Source: Octopus bimaculoides (Eukaryota). From it: 64,000 nucleotides of DNA. The notes under the pieces are model-generated. The model saw only the letters and a program-made list of their open reading frames with translations, did not search any database and was not told where the DNA came from. A program made the position numbers and the translations under genes. The stretch spans positions 85,089,181-85,153,180 of the forward strand of contig NC_068983.1 in assembly GCF_001194135.2 (NCBI RefSeq), read 5' to 3'. This document shows positions 50,401 through 63,559 of the stretch, in pieces (positions within the stretch are counted from its first letter, which is position 1; each line of letters opens with the position of its first letter).

Positions 50401-52694
50401 GGTTGTTGTATGCAGGAGATGTGACTTACTAGAATGATCAAATGATGTGAATGAATGAAGAGTATTGGATGAAAGGTTCTGCCAGCTGTTAACTGATGTC
50501 CCTTGTGAAAGAAGAAGACCTGTGAATAAGTGATAAGAGTTTTTGCTTTTGGTTTTACAGACCAGTGGTGATATGCTGTATGGCTGACTTGTCCAACCTG
50601 ACATGATAAAGCAAATGTTTAAACATCAGCAGCAGCATATTTATTTCATACAAATACAGCAAAGAGTTGCTTATGTGTCATTTTTCCTTATCAGAAATAT
50701 TATCCCTTTTGCTACCATATTTCTGTTGAAACATACTGCCTTCGTTTTGGTTAATTTTCAAAATAACGAAGAATTTAGTAAATTAACTTGGAATGCTGCT
50801 GGATGGTTTTAATTTAAATCACTGTAAAACAAGAAACTTGTATCTAAGAACTGGGGATAATCTCAGTTGGGTTGGTATCAAAAGGGTTAATGAATAAATA
50901 TTAAGCTGTATTAAGTAATACAGATAATGTAAATTGGAGTGGATCTGGTCTTTAACTATAGCCCTGGGACAACCAAAACATTGTAAGTGGATTTGGTAGA
51001 CAGAAACTGAAAGAAGCCCATTGAATATCATTTATTTTTTAATATTCTGCAGAAATATGTCTGGCCATGGGAAAATATTGTATCACTTGGAAACCAGTAT
51101 GGATTGGCTACAGAAAAGGTATCCAGCCATAGAAAATGTGTCTGACTCATGCAAGAATGGAAAAGTGGATGTTAAAACAATGATGATGAAAATAAATCAA
51201 ATTCCACCTCACTTTAGGCAAATTGATTATAGAAAATGCAATCAACTAAAAAGACAAGCCAAACAAATGAAACATGTTGCACTAAGGTCTCATCTGAATG
51301 TCTACCTCTGCAGAGAGTTGCTTAGAGTGGCTGGTATGTAGCAGAAGAGTTTAGTTGGAAGGTGGAAACTGAGTTTTTTAAAGGGAGAAAAAAAAAGTAG
51401 AAGAAAATTAGGAGTCAGAGAAGTGATGTTGGAGACAGAGAAGAATTTAGATGAACGTGTGTTGTAGAAAATGAGCAATCAGAGAATAGGGATGCAGAAG
51501 AGGAGTGTTAAATTTCCATTGCAGTACCCACCTCTTGCCTTAGTTATTATTTTCAACCACAGCTCATCTCTAATTGAGCTAAGATATATCTGTAGCCCAC
51601 TATGTATCTTTCCATGCTGTACAATAACATTAAGATGATAAGGGTGTTATTTGAAGGAATTTAGTTGCTATTTCTAACTAATCAAGCAATTACATAGAGG
51701 TTTCCACATTGGTTCATTGCCTTGGTTATAAATGGTTTTGTCAGCCTTGGCTTGAAAGTTTCTTACAGCTCATATTTCTTTCCCTCAAAACACCAACATA
51801 CATGAAGTACTACATAATCGTTCTGTATTATGAACATGTGCAGGAGGAAGTTTTCAAAGTATATCCAGTACATATTAATTTACAGAAAATTTAATATATT
51901 ATGGTCTTTTGCTATTTAACATATTAATATTTCCATAAATGTCAAGGCAGTGAGCTTGCAGAATCATTAGCATGCTGAGCAAAATGCTTAGCAGCACTTC
52001 ATTCATCTTTACATTCTGGGTTCAAATTTTGCTGAGGTCAACTTGGCCTTTCATCCTTTCAGGGTCAATAAAATATGTACCAGTTGAGTACTGGGGTTGA
52101 TGTAATCAACCATCCCTCCGAACTTGCTAGTTTTATGCCAAAGCTTTGAAATCAATATTTCCATAAACGTCATAGTTTCAAATGGAGTAAACCATTATTT
52201 ATCTCTCCAAGATATGCAACAACATACTGTGCATTTTGTTAGGTTTGAATCTATGATAGCAAAATTAATAGACTTTCATTTATAGTTCAATGTAATATTG
52301 CTGTGTTAACAGTTCAAGTCATTCCTTATATAGCAATTTAGTAATTTTGTCCAATACTGTATAGAACTACAGAAATTGTAATTCTCAGCATACCTGTATT
52401 AATAAACTCTCATCAAAATTTATATGCATCCCTTCATTCTAACAAATGTGGTACTGTTCTGTACACACCCTCCTCTCCAGCATGTTCCTGCAACACACTT
52501 ATCTTTCGCTCCTCATATATACCGCAAACTACACTATTTTCACTTCCCCCTTCACCACTCTGAAGGGAGAAGAGAATTTTGTCATGCTTCCAGTATTGAC
52601 AGTACCCATTCTCCTTAGATATGACAGTGACTAAAAGTTGCCTAATGAAAATGGAAGAAAAATTATTCAGTCAACTCCATTTACTTATTACAGT

Positions 52695-54409
52695 TTAACT
52701 CGTTAGTGTTCAGACTGGCCAAAACCAGCTGAAAATAATTCTCCTTTATTTGTTTGAACCAGCCAAATCTGGCCATATCTGATTCCTCTAGGAAATCACT
52801 AAAAAAATAAACACATCACGTTACTGAATTCTTGTAGCTTTGAGATAATATGTGATAAAGCCTTTCCTGCCTTTATTCACCATGAAATTTTTGAAACTTT
52901 TTGGTTTTTTTCAATGTTTGAAGAGAAGTGTATTTCTTGGTTTTTAACCATATGGTGTCAGCAAGTAGTGATTCAGACTTCAAAGGTTTTACTTTTGATA
53001 ATGTACAAAATATAAATGAAAACAACAGTGATTTGTCTTTGGACAAATCTGATATTGATATTTATGAAGCTTCATCAGATGAGGAAGATTTTGATAATGA
53101 AAGTGATGAAAATGATATTGAAAACATTATGGCAACATGATTGAAGATTACTACATCAACCACAATTCCCAATTTCACAGAAAAGACTAGTCCACAATAA
53201 AAGTCAACCTCTCAATACTCAACCATTGGACTTTTTTTTTTTTACCGAAAAGTTTTTTTGAAGCTGTTGTGGAGGAAACATAAATATGCTCAATGCATAA
53301 TTTCTATTCGTGGTAGACTTGATCCACTATGGCAGTCAACTGATACTGCGGAAATATGAGCTTTTTTTACTATAAACATTATGTTTGGTATCAAACAGCT
53401 TCCTCGACTGTAGAACTACTGGAGTGATCCATATATCTCCAGCATTATGTCTAACTATAATTAATTCATATAAAAGCCACAAAGTACCTCTGCGACCATT
53501 TGAATTTTTGGGTTGACATCACATCTCAGTTACATGAGGGCTTTTCTTCCAAAAAGAAAAAATAAATGGAAGAAAAAAGTTTGCAGACTGTGTTTGCTGC
53601 AAAAAAGAAAAAATTGTGAAAGGATATCAGGTCAAGACCTCATATATGTGTTTATTTTGCAGGGTGCTTTGGACAGTTTCACAATAGAAATATGGCATAA
53701 CTATATTTTGTTGTTCGATGATAATACTATCATATATTCCTTTCATTTTATTACAAATCTGTGAAAGTGATAAATACATACTAATTTTCAGTATGTTACA
53801 CACCTGTATTCACCTTTATCTTGCCTGTTAATGGGCTTTTTTATTAGATACATTCTGTTATGTAAATGTATGCATTAAATTGTATGAGTACATTGCCAAT
53901 GGTATATAGTAAAAGAGTTTTGTACTTTATGTTCAATGAAAATGTTTGAATGAAATATAGAGAAAGAATAAAATCTTGTACCAATTATACCTGTATTTTA
54001 ATTAATTCAAATTAATGTCCCTTGAAAAGTGGCAAAATTAATGTACACTTGAAAAGTGGCAAAATTGTTGACGGTTGACATCTGGGATAATTTTTAGTAA
54101 CAAATCAAGCAGGTAAGATGCATTAAGAATTTCAATTTTAGTGTTTATCCATAATGTTATTGATTTACACCTGTTAATTTAATTTACCCACCTATAAAAG
54201 TCAAATTTAATCTGAAAGATCAGCTAAAATTACTTAACTATAAACCGTTGGTATATAAGCACCCGACAAAATTTCAAATTTGTATGTAAAAAAATTAACG
54301 AAGTTACATGCAAACATTGTGGATGCCCCTCTTGAACCTGAATAATTCAAAATAATGTGAACAAATACACATTACGTTTGACAGATTAATCTGAACATTA
54401 AAGGGTTAA
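52695..54409 (+). mobile_element. Internally deleted piggyBac transposon (PGBD4-like remnants)
   Basis: TTAA-CTCGTTAGTGTTCAGA ... TCTGAACATTAAAGGG-TTAA. Acidic N-terminus (SSDEEDFDNESDEND), TDTAEI*AFFTINIMFGIKQLPRL*NYWSDPY, and a Cys-rich tail (KKVCRLC...GCFGQFH). The central DDD region is missing. Confidence 0.85.
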
Positions 54410-54479
54410 ATATCATTTTTCACCTTCTTTTTGCTTTGTTTTATAGCTCTTCTCTGTCTGTCTGTACATAATCAACTGT

Positions 54480-55060
54480 TTTATCATCCATTTTTCCTTG
54501 TTGGTATAAGCTTGATGATCCAGCAGTACATCACCTTTCTATGCATCTCATTTATCTCCTCTATGTCAGTTGTGGCTTGGATCATGTCTTAAAGTCTGGC
54601 TCTTCCACCCCAAACAATTAATGATCCTCTACAAAGTTCTGCTTAGATCTCAAAAGGAGTATTGGTCCTACATCTGGGATTGTACTGCTGCTGCACACAT
54701 ATACATCCTAGACTGCATCCAGAAAAATACTACTGAAGTGAATGACATAAAGTCACTCCAGCCTCTGGCCCACTGCTGTGCTGTTTCATTTCTAAACCTT
54801 TTCTACTCCTACTAGTATGGTTTCTGCTCCTTGGAGTTAGTTGCTTTTTTGCCACTTTCATTTGGACATTCCTAACTTGTCTGTCTTCCTTTCAACTCCC
54901 ATGTTGTGTTAACCCCCAATAGGTTCCACAATAACCACTATACTCAATCTTTCCTCCTCAAAACATTAATCTGATGGATTTCCATCTGATCATGTCTCTC
55001 TTGCATCAGTCTCATCAGCCTATGAGGGCCTGCAAAGGCCTTAGACACTACTCTTTCCTC
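54480..55060 (+). mobile_element. CR1/Jockey-like LINE 3' fragment
   Basis: FHPKQLMILYKVLLRSQKEYWSYIW...LQPLAHCCAVSFLNLFYSY matches the FSPxQLLxLYKxLIRPxMEYCSHxW...LQPLxHRRxVxSLxxFYRY pattern. Confidence 0.7.
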
Positions 55061-55429
55061 CACACTTGGCAAATATAAAAAGAAAAAGTAAGGTCTAAAC
55101 TAATTACATCTTCCCAAATTTCCTGAACCCATGTCTACTCTATGTATTCTTCCAACCCTAACTCAACTTATTTTCAATTAACATGTATCTTTCCATATTA
55201 TATCTTCATAAAATTAGTGTTGTCTCTTCTGTATACATTTCTCAAGACCTGTTTCATCCTGTTGCCTTCTTCAATCTCTTTCACTCAGCTTTTCTAATAA
55301 GTTAACATGGTAATGCTAATTTAGCATTACTCAGATTCCTTCTGTCCAGTTGAAGTCTCACTTCTATGAAACCTTTATATACATGCTTGATATAGTCTGT
55401 CCCTTATAAAACAATCAAACATATCAGTT

Positions 55430-55812
55430 TTTGTTGGCACTCCGTTGCTCACGATGTTGAGAGTTCCAGTTGATCCGATCAACGGAACAGCCTGCTCGTG
55501 AAATTAACGTGCAAGTGGCTGAGCACTCTACAAATACGTGTACCCATAATGTAGTTCTCGGGGATATTCAGCGTGACACAGTGTGACAAGGCCGACCCTT
55601 TGAATTACAGGCACAACAGAAACAAGAAGTAAGAGTGAGAGAAAGTTGTGGTGAAAGAGTACAGCTGGGTTCACCACCATCCCCTGCCAGAGCCTCATGG
55701 AGCTTTAGGTGTTTTCGCTCAATAAACACTCACAACGCCTGGTCTGAGAATTGAAACCGCGATCCTATGACCGCGGGTCCGCTACCCTAACCACTGGGCC
55801 ATTGCACCTCCA
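55430..55812 (-). mobile_element. Full-length tRNA-headed SINE (family E); related partial copies at about 34200-34470 (-) and 19342
   Basis: Minus strand begins TGGAGGTGCAATGGCCCAGTGGTTAGGGTAGCGGACCCGCGGTCATAGGATCGCGGTTTCAATTCTC (A and B boxes), followed by about 300 nt of non-tRNA body. Confidence 0.8.
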
Positions 55813-56031
55813 CTAAACATATCAGTAAGACTGTGTGAAAAAAGACAAATGTGCACCTGGTAGACTTGTTTGCAAACTACAACACACTATGTAGTGCTGA
55901 TTTTATTTTTGTGCTTTTGAGTCTTACCTAATTTCAGAACTGCTTTTTGTAATATCTATAATGATTTTAAGTTTGGGAATTGTCAATGAATTATAATTTA
56001 GTTATTTAATTTTTTTCTTGATGTCTTTCAG

Positions 56032-56229
56032 CTAAGAAAGGTAAACAAACTGCATCTGATGCAGTAAACCAAGGGATACCTCCTCAGGGCATACCTCCAC
56101 AGAGCCTTGCTCCTGGCCAGTCACCTCAGCAAGCTCAACAGCAATCTCAGACCATGCAGGATCCAATAAATGCTTTGCAGAATTTAGCCATGCAAGGGAC
56201 CACTTCTGCAATATGTCCTCAACAAGCTG
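56032..56229 (+). CDS. MED15: MED15 coding exon 4 (P/Q-rich, DPINALQNL motif); gene continues beyond the window
   Basis: gtctttcag|CT AAG...GCT G|GTAAGT, 198 nt, phase 1/1, in frame with exon 3. Encodes SKKGKQTASDAVNQGIPPQGIPPQSLAPGQSPQQAQQQSQTMQDPINALQNLAMQGTTSAICPQQA; DPINALQNL matches human DPMNALQSL. No further exon recognised up to 64000. Confidence 0.88.
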
Positions 56230-59200
56230 GTAAGTGTTTCATTTATCTCTAAAAATTTGTCATTTCAATTTTTTTAACAATTCCCTTGTATATATTTTCT
56301 CTCTGTTAGATATCTGAACTTTATATTGAACATTTTACAGTTCTTTTCTTTATTTCACAGAAATATTAAAAAAATACCAATACAGATGATGTTCTGATGT
56401 TTAATGACATTATTTGTTCTGTATTTAGTACCTCAGAAATTAATACATTTATTTTTTATTAATGGTACACAGGTTTTTGCTTATTATTGTCATCTTCATT
56501 GGTTCATATGGAACAGCTTTCTAAAATTTGCTTCTTTCCATCACTTCCATTTTGTTTTCTTTTTTCCTCTGCTGATTTACTAAACCATTAATTCATATAA
56601 TAAAGATCATGTTATCAGGCATTATTTTGTAGCAAAATTATTACGAAACTAGGAGTATCAGTTGAGGAATTTCTTTGTCTCAACTTGTTTTTCTTTTCTT
56701 CTTTTGTGTTGTACAAAAAGAGTAGCTTATATTTTTTAATTGACTTAATTCATTAGTTTCTGAGATTATCATAAGAAATCATGGTTTCTGCTTTAGAATG
56801 TATCCTTGGATTAAAATTTGGTTTATGATATAGAATTTCTCTCTGGCAATCTTATTTGAGCTTGTTTTTCTTTCAAGTTCCACTCATACAGTGCATGTAG
56901 CAGTAATAATTATTTTTTATTTCAACCTCCTTTTTAAGTCACAATATACATGTTTTTGTTTCCTGAAATCTTATAAAGAAGACATAAGCACTTAACCATG
57001 AACTTACTGATCTTGTATTTTTTCTTTTTTTAGCCATCAGTTTTAATGTTCTTAATTTTTTAGTGCTATAAACTGTTTTTGTATTTAGTGTCATTTACTT
57101 TTTCTATGTCTTGTGTGTGTGTCATGACATATGACTGGTTCTAGTGAAATGTTTCCTTATATTTTACTAATATGCACCACTTGTGGAAAATACAGTCCTG
57201 AACTGTCTCTTACACTTTACAGATCTAATAATACATGGTATGCTTTCTAGGGTATAAAATTTTTATTTCAGATAAGTGGAATTCTCTAATTTTTAAGTAT
57301 CTGATATGCCATTATTCCTATTAAATGTGATACTAAGCCAAAAAAAAACCAAAAAAAAACAAGCAGGACCTATGAGGAAATAACCTGAAAACAAAGGAAA
57401 TCTCAATTTTGAAGTATGTATTCAAAACATATTATAAAAATGATCCTGTTCCTTGATTTCAATTCCTCTTTTAAAGTAATTTTCAAATATATTTATGATG
57501 TCTTAAAAATGTTATATATATATAAGCATAACCAAATTTCTAAAAGTAATCAAGACTAATATTTAATTAGTCTTTATCCACATAAAATGTTTAGCAGGTT
57601 TGAACTTATTGGCTTAAGTCTTATCAAAGAAATGAGGAATAGTGGCAAATAGTGATAGACAGACTAATATTAGATCAGTTATGTTGATGATCATTGTCAG
57701 AAATAACAGCAACATCATTATTTTAACAACTTTTTCTTGCTGACATTCTTTTGACTTTTCATTTTGTCTGCAAGCCTCAACACATTCTCAGAACTTGCCA
57801 CTTCTCGTGTCTTCTTTTTCTTTGCCTCTACTATGAATGCTCTTCCTCTTCACCTTACAACATATTCCTACCTAGTATGCATCATCTATTTGTATTACAT
57901 ATCAATACCAATACAGTCACATCGTTCACATATATTGGTCAATGTGGTTTTAATATCCAGCATCTTTCTCAGTTCATTTGTACTTTGCATGTATGTTAAC
58001 ACTAAGTAACCGCTTTGATTACTGCTTATATCTCTCTATTCTTCATACATCTTTCACATTCAATACTTGAATGTTCTCATGCAATATCATACTTCATTCA
58101 GTCTGCCATTTCCTCACAGAGAAATTTTGTTTCAAAGTTAGTAATACACCTACTATTACCTGTCCTTAGACATATGTATCTAAATTCCTGGTTTCCTGCT
58201 AGTCTGCAAGAGGTCCCACTGCATGTTTTCTGTACTCATTTTTTAATTTGGTTTCTCCTAGATCCCTTTCTGCTCACTTTCCAGACTGTTCTTTATTATG
58301 AGTAAAGTTAATTTAATTTTAATTTTTTTAATTTTGTATGTATGTGCTTGCATTCATCCTTTTTGTATTTAGTAATTTTTCAGTTTGTTTCATAGCTGCT
58401 ATAGGATTTCTTTTGATTTTCTTCAAATGATTTATCACCAACTTTAAATCAAAACTTAGGACGCATACAAAGAACTACTTAGCAATTCGTGTGTTATTCC
58501 ATTTTCAACATTATCTATTAATGATTAGGACTGCTTAATGATTCCTAATTATCCTCTGTTAGTTGTCTTCTATTTGTGTTAACAAGAATAGCTCTGTTCT
58601 CCAAAGTAGAAAGATGTACAATTGAAATGCACACACATACACACACACAATGCATCTGGGAAGTCATATTAGCCATTTTCAAAAAGGAATAAAGTAAAAG
58701 ATTGTTAATTTCTTGATTCATTATTGATGCCTTAACAGTGTTTTTCTATGATGTACTACAGAATATATCTGTTGATTTTTAACCAGCTTTGGCAATGTAG
58801 ACAGATGTAAACAACTTATCTTTTATACCGTTTTACATAAGCAGAAAGTAGGTGATCAGACTGCTATCAGTAGGTGTTTTGGGAAATCAGATTAGCCAAT
58901 TGACATAAAATAACACATTCTTAGCAGCTAGTTCAATTATTATTATGAGCAATATCTCTTTAGATAGTTAAAGAGATTGCTCAGTTGCTGTTGAGATTCA
59001 CATATAATTATCTCTATATAAGAATAGCCGACATAAATGTTAGTTTGTTGCTTCTTGGTTGATTTCGCCAGTCACACTTTACATTTATAGGGAGAAGGAG
59101 AGAGTAAAAGAAAGAGATGATATAAGAAGTGTAGGATCAGTGCACATACTAGACTTAGTGGCAGGCAAGGAGCCTTTCTCACATATGCACTGTGATAGGA

Positions 59201-59689
59201 AAAATCATAGAGAAGGAGGAAAGGGAGTGAATGTAGTTGGCTGCAGCAGGAAAAACGGTACTGATGAATAATTTCCTTAGATGCTTTTTGAGTAAGCTGC
59301 TCATTAGCAGAATAAATTTCATCGGCATTAATCACTAGGATATTCACTAACTTAAGAATTTATAGCAAATTGTTTCAAATGAATATATCACACAATTTAC
59401 TATAATAACAATTCTTTCTACTGTAGACACAAGGCCTGAAATTTTGGGGGAGGGGATAAGTCGATCACATTGACCCCGGTACTCAAATGGTACTTAATTT
59501 ATCGACCCTGAAAGGATAAAAGGCAAAGTCAACCTTGGCAGAATTTGAACTCAAAATGTAGCGATGGGTAAAATACCGCTAAGCGTTTCGTCCAGCATGC
59601 TAACAATTCTGCCAGCTCACTAATCCTTTCTACTAAAGGCACAAGGCCTGAAATTTTGGGAGAGGGGACTAGTTGATTACATCCTACTG

Positions 59690-60450
59690 ATGCATCGCGC
59701 ATATGTGGCGCCCTGAGTCATGTTGCAGTTCGGTGTGTGGCAGCGCACTCAAGCATCGTCCGTCGCTTCCACCAACCTTAGGCACGAGTCGACAACATCA
59801 ACCCGGCTACGGTTATCCTGTCCAGTATGAGAGAAACCATGGGATCAAAGCAACAGTTTGCGTGCTTGCTCGATAGAGCAGTGGTGCCAGGCTGCCTCTG
59901 AGCGATAACGGCTGACCGCCTCTAAGCCAGAACCACAGCCGAATCCAAGTTGTTTTCCAAAAGTGTCTCAATCTCAAGGTGCATGCCTTAGTTTGGCATT
60001 CGCCATCTGCCCATCTTGTTCGTGTAGTGAGTGGCAGCATCACTGGTGGAATTGCCATTTTAGGACTTCGGCAGCCTCGCCATTGTTGTTGTTGACTTCC
60101 CACCTGACTCATTCGAAGAGATCGAGACGAAAAGGATCGCTTGCATATGATTCGACTTGCTGTTCAGAGTGACGTACTTAGTAGAGCAGCTACCACACTG
60201 CAATCTATTGAGTCTCTTCTTACGAATGGTACAATCTGCCCTTTCGAGGTGGCCACCACTGTACATGGCAATGAAGTGAACCTAGAAACAGATGGGAAGT
60301 TGGCAAGAAGAGCCTCCACCGCCGTCAGGGGTGCGTGGCCAGCATGGGGTTGGAAACGAATGAGGAGACACATGATGAATGAACAAACAGAACAGAAAAA
60401 ACAGACGAGTAAGCAAGAAAAAACAGAAAGGGAGCGCCCTGTCACATGGT
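59690..60450 (-). mobile_element. Probable degenerate Ty3/Gypsy 5' region (LTR-like plus gag start)
   Basis: CpG-rich island within a CpG-poor intron. TLRLRHFWKTTWIRLWF resembles the gag KLPPFWxxxPxxWF motif. It abuts and truncates a SINE copy at about 59680. No second LTR or pol is seen. Confidence 0.4.
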
Positions 60451-61524
60451 GAATAAGTAAATTTGTTTGTGGGGGTGAGCTAGTAGCGAAGGGAAAACAA
60501 GAAGGGATGGATGATAGAAGGGGCAGATGCCTATGCAATGCGATAGTCCTCTTATAGCCACTGTGGTGGCATTTTCTTTCAGAATGAGTACATCTGACCC
60601 AGCTATGAAGATATTGCATGTGAAGGCAAGTTATTTACATCTATATGCACAATAGTGATGGCTAAAAATTCATAGATTTATTCCATAGTACATTATAGTA
60701 CCATAACAAAACACCGTTAATATACCAGTAATTTATTATTAAAGTGGTCTAGAATATTTGAGGGAGATTGTGCCACTATTTCTGGTAGGTCAACCATGAA
60801 GCAAGGAGTGTTGAATGTTTTGATTTCATGCTATAATGCAGTGTAGAGTAAGTCTGTATATTTTGAACCAACAATGTATGTAAACATATAATGGCCCCAG
60901 TTTAGTGCCACATCAACTCTGATTAGGCAAACCTTTGATCAAATGTTTTCCATCTATTGCCTTCCTATCCTTTTTAATTTTTCTTCAAAGTGTAATTACT
61001 ACTATATTATTGTTTTTTTTTATGTTTGTTTATTCGTTTGTTTTTAAGCAATCAAATAGGCGCAGGTGTGGCTATGTGGTTAAGAAGCTTTTGCAGCCAT
61101 GTGGGCTTAGGTTCAATCTCAATGCATGGAACAGCCAATCAGGGATAATGAAGAAAGCTTCACGTTGATTATCTAAAAATGCTACAGTCATTATCATCAT
61201 CATCATCATCATTTAAAATCTATTGTCCATACAGGCATGGGTTGGATGGTTTGACTGGACTGGCATGCTGGAAGGCTATATCAGACTCCAGTCTGATTTG
61301 GCATGGTTTTCTATGGCTGGATGCCCTTCCTAATGCCAACCACTCTAAGAGTATAATGGGTGCTTTTATGTGCCACCAGCACGAGTGCCATTTGCATGAC
61401 ACTGTGGTGCGTTTACGTGCCACTGGCATGGGTGCCAATTTGCATGACACTGGTATCTGCCACGAGTGTGATTTTGCTCAGCTTGATGGGTCTTCTTCTC
61501 AAGCACAACATAATGCCAAAGGTC

Positions 61525-61680
61525 TTACTCATTGCCTCCGTGAGGTCCAACACTCGAAAAGTACTCAGCCTCCTTGCTTCTGTGAGGCCCAACACTTAAA
61601 CGGAACTCAGTCACTTTATCTCCCTGAGGCCCAATGCTTGAAAGGAACTCAGCCACTTTGTCTCCGCGTGGCCCAACATT
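61525..61680 (-). repeat. Short tandem array (about 4 x 41 bp) derived from the RTE 3' end
   Basis: Repeated TGCCTCCGTGAGGCCCAAC..TC.AAAG.AACTCAGCC.C units, related to 36631-36650 and 61777-61795. Confidence 0.7.
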
Positions 61681-61769
61681 CAAAAGATGTTCTTTACATG
61701 CCACCAGCACGGGTGGACTTGGTCTGATGGCTCCTCTCAAGCACAGCACATCGCCAAAGGTCTCGGTCA

Positions 61770-62960
61770 CCAGTCATTGCCTCTGTGAGGCTCAAAGTTC
61801 AAAAATCATGCTCCACCACCTTGTCCCATGTCTTCCTGGGTCTACCTCTACCACAGCTTCCCTCCACACTTAGAGATCGGCACTTCTTTACACAGCTGTC
61901 CTCATCCATATGCATCACATGACCACACCAGAGCAGTCATCTATCTTGCACACCATATTTGATTCCTCTTATGCCTAACTTTTCTCTCAAGATGCCTACA
62001 CTCTGTTGAACATGCACACTGACATTGCACATTCAGCAAAGCATACAAGTTTCATTTCTTTCAAGCCTACACATGTCCTCGGCTATCATAGCCTATGTTT
62101 CACTGCCATGCAAAATAGCTGTTCACACAGAGGCATCAAACAATCTGCCTTTTACTCTGAGAGAGAGGCCCTTTGTTGCCAGCAGGGGTAGGATCTCTCT
62201 AAACTTTGCCCAGCCTAATCTAATTCTCATAGCTACGCTCTTGGAGCATCCACCTCCACTACTAACTTGGTCATGTAGATAATGGAAGCTATCTATTTGT
62301 CTAGTTCAGGTAGTGATTCAGCTATAAGAGCAAAGTCATCAGCATAGAGGAGCTCCCAGGTGCAGCCTGTCTTGAACTCCTCTGTTATTGCCTGGAGGAC
62401 TGCGATGAACAAGAAGGGGCTGAGCACTGATCTTTGGTGAACCCCTACTTGTATCCTGAATTCTTTGCTGTCCTCATTGCCCACTCTCGTCTTACTGGTA
62501 GCGTCCCTGTACAAGGCTTGTACGGCTCTCACCAACAACTCATCTATCCCTAATTTCTACATTGACCACCAGATAAGAGATCGAGGTTTCTGTCAAAAGC
62601 TTTCTCCAAGTCAGCAAAAGCCAAGTACAGGGGTTTATCTTTGGTTAGGTATTTCTCCTACAGTTTCCTTACCAGAAATATAGCATCATTTTTGCTCTCC
62701 CTGGCACAAAATCAAACTGCATCTCATCTAAACTAACTCTCTCCCTAATTAGTTGGGCTATGACTCTCTCCATAACTTTCATCACCTGATCCAACAATTT
62801 GATACTTCTGTAATTATTTCTGTCTAAGGCATCACCTTTACCTCTGTAGCAGTTGACTATGGTGCTGCTACACCAGTCATTGGGTACGACTCCTTTGTGA
62901 ACCACCTGATTTATAATACAGGTGACTAGACCATAGCCCACACCTTGAAACTCAGTATGT
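61770..62960 (-). mobile_element. RTE-clade LINE, RT domain to 3' end (decayed)
   Basis: VPNDWCSSTIVNCYRGKGDALDRNNYRSIKLL...DEMQFDFVPGR, then GVHQRSVLSPFLF...WELLYADD (RT catalytic YADD), then ...GRGRPRKTW. Confidence 0.9.
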
Positions 62961-63559
62961 ATTTGATTTCACTTTGGTAACTCTTGTGAAACACAAAAAA
63001 GAACCTTGGTAGATGGAAATTGTGTGGAAGCCCATCATATATAATTTATATATAATTTAATTGAGTAGTGAAATTCAATATGCTTGTGGTGCAGACAGTT
63101 GGTTAGCTTCAAGCATAGAAAACACTTGTATTGATAACACAAAGGAGAAGGTAATCAAACAATTAAGTTTGTTAATCAATGTATTCACTACACTTCATCT
63201 CATATCGAATTAAATAGGAATTCCAATAAGATGACAACTGTTGTACAACTCCAGTATATAGCAACAAAAGTTGCTAATTACGCGATAAGTCTGGGTGAAG
63301 AAAATGGAATAGGTAGTTATGTACTACACCTGTATCAAAAGACTCACCAAAAACATTATTATCTACTTATTAGTCCATTGTCATAATGAATTTGTCAAGA
63401 GAAACCAGGAAAAAATTTGAACATTTCAACAGTCAAAGGGGGAATGGAAATAGGAATCAGTCAAGCAATGAATCACTTGCCTCCCATACAAGCAAACTCC
63501 AGTGAAGTAGAACATGGTGTGGCTTTCTAAGAAGCTAATTCCCTATCAGTATAAATGAG

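Noticed and set aside
55745-55812. tRNA-like sequence (and similar heads in other SINE copies)
   Set aside because: It continues into a repeated non-tRNA body, has a degenerate B box and no oligo-T terminator; it is a SINE head, not a tRNA gene.
56032-56046. Internal donor (AAG|GTAAAC) that would give a 9-nt MED15 microexon
   Set aside because: No strong in-phase acceptor at a plausible distance; read-through gives the conserved DPINAL frame.
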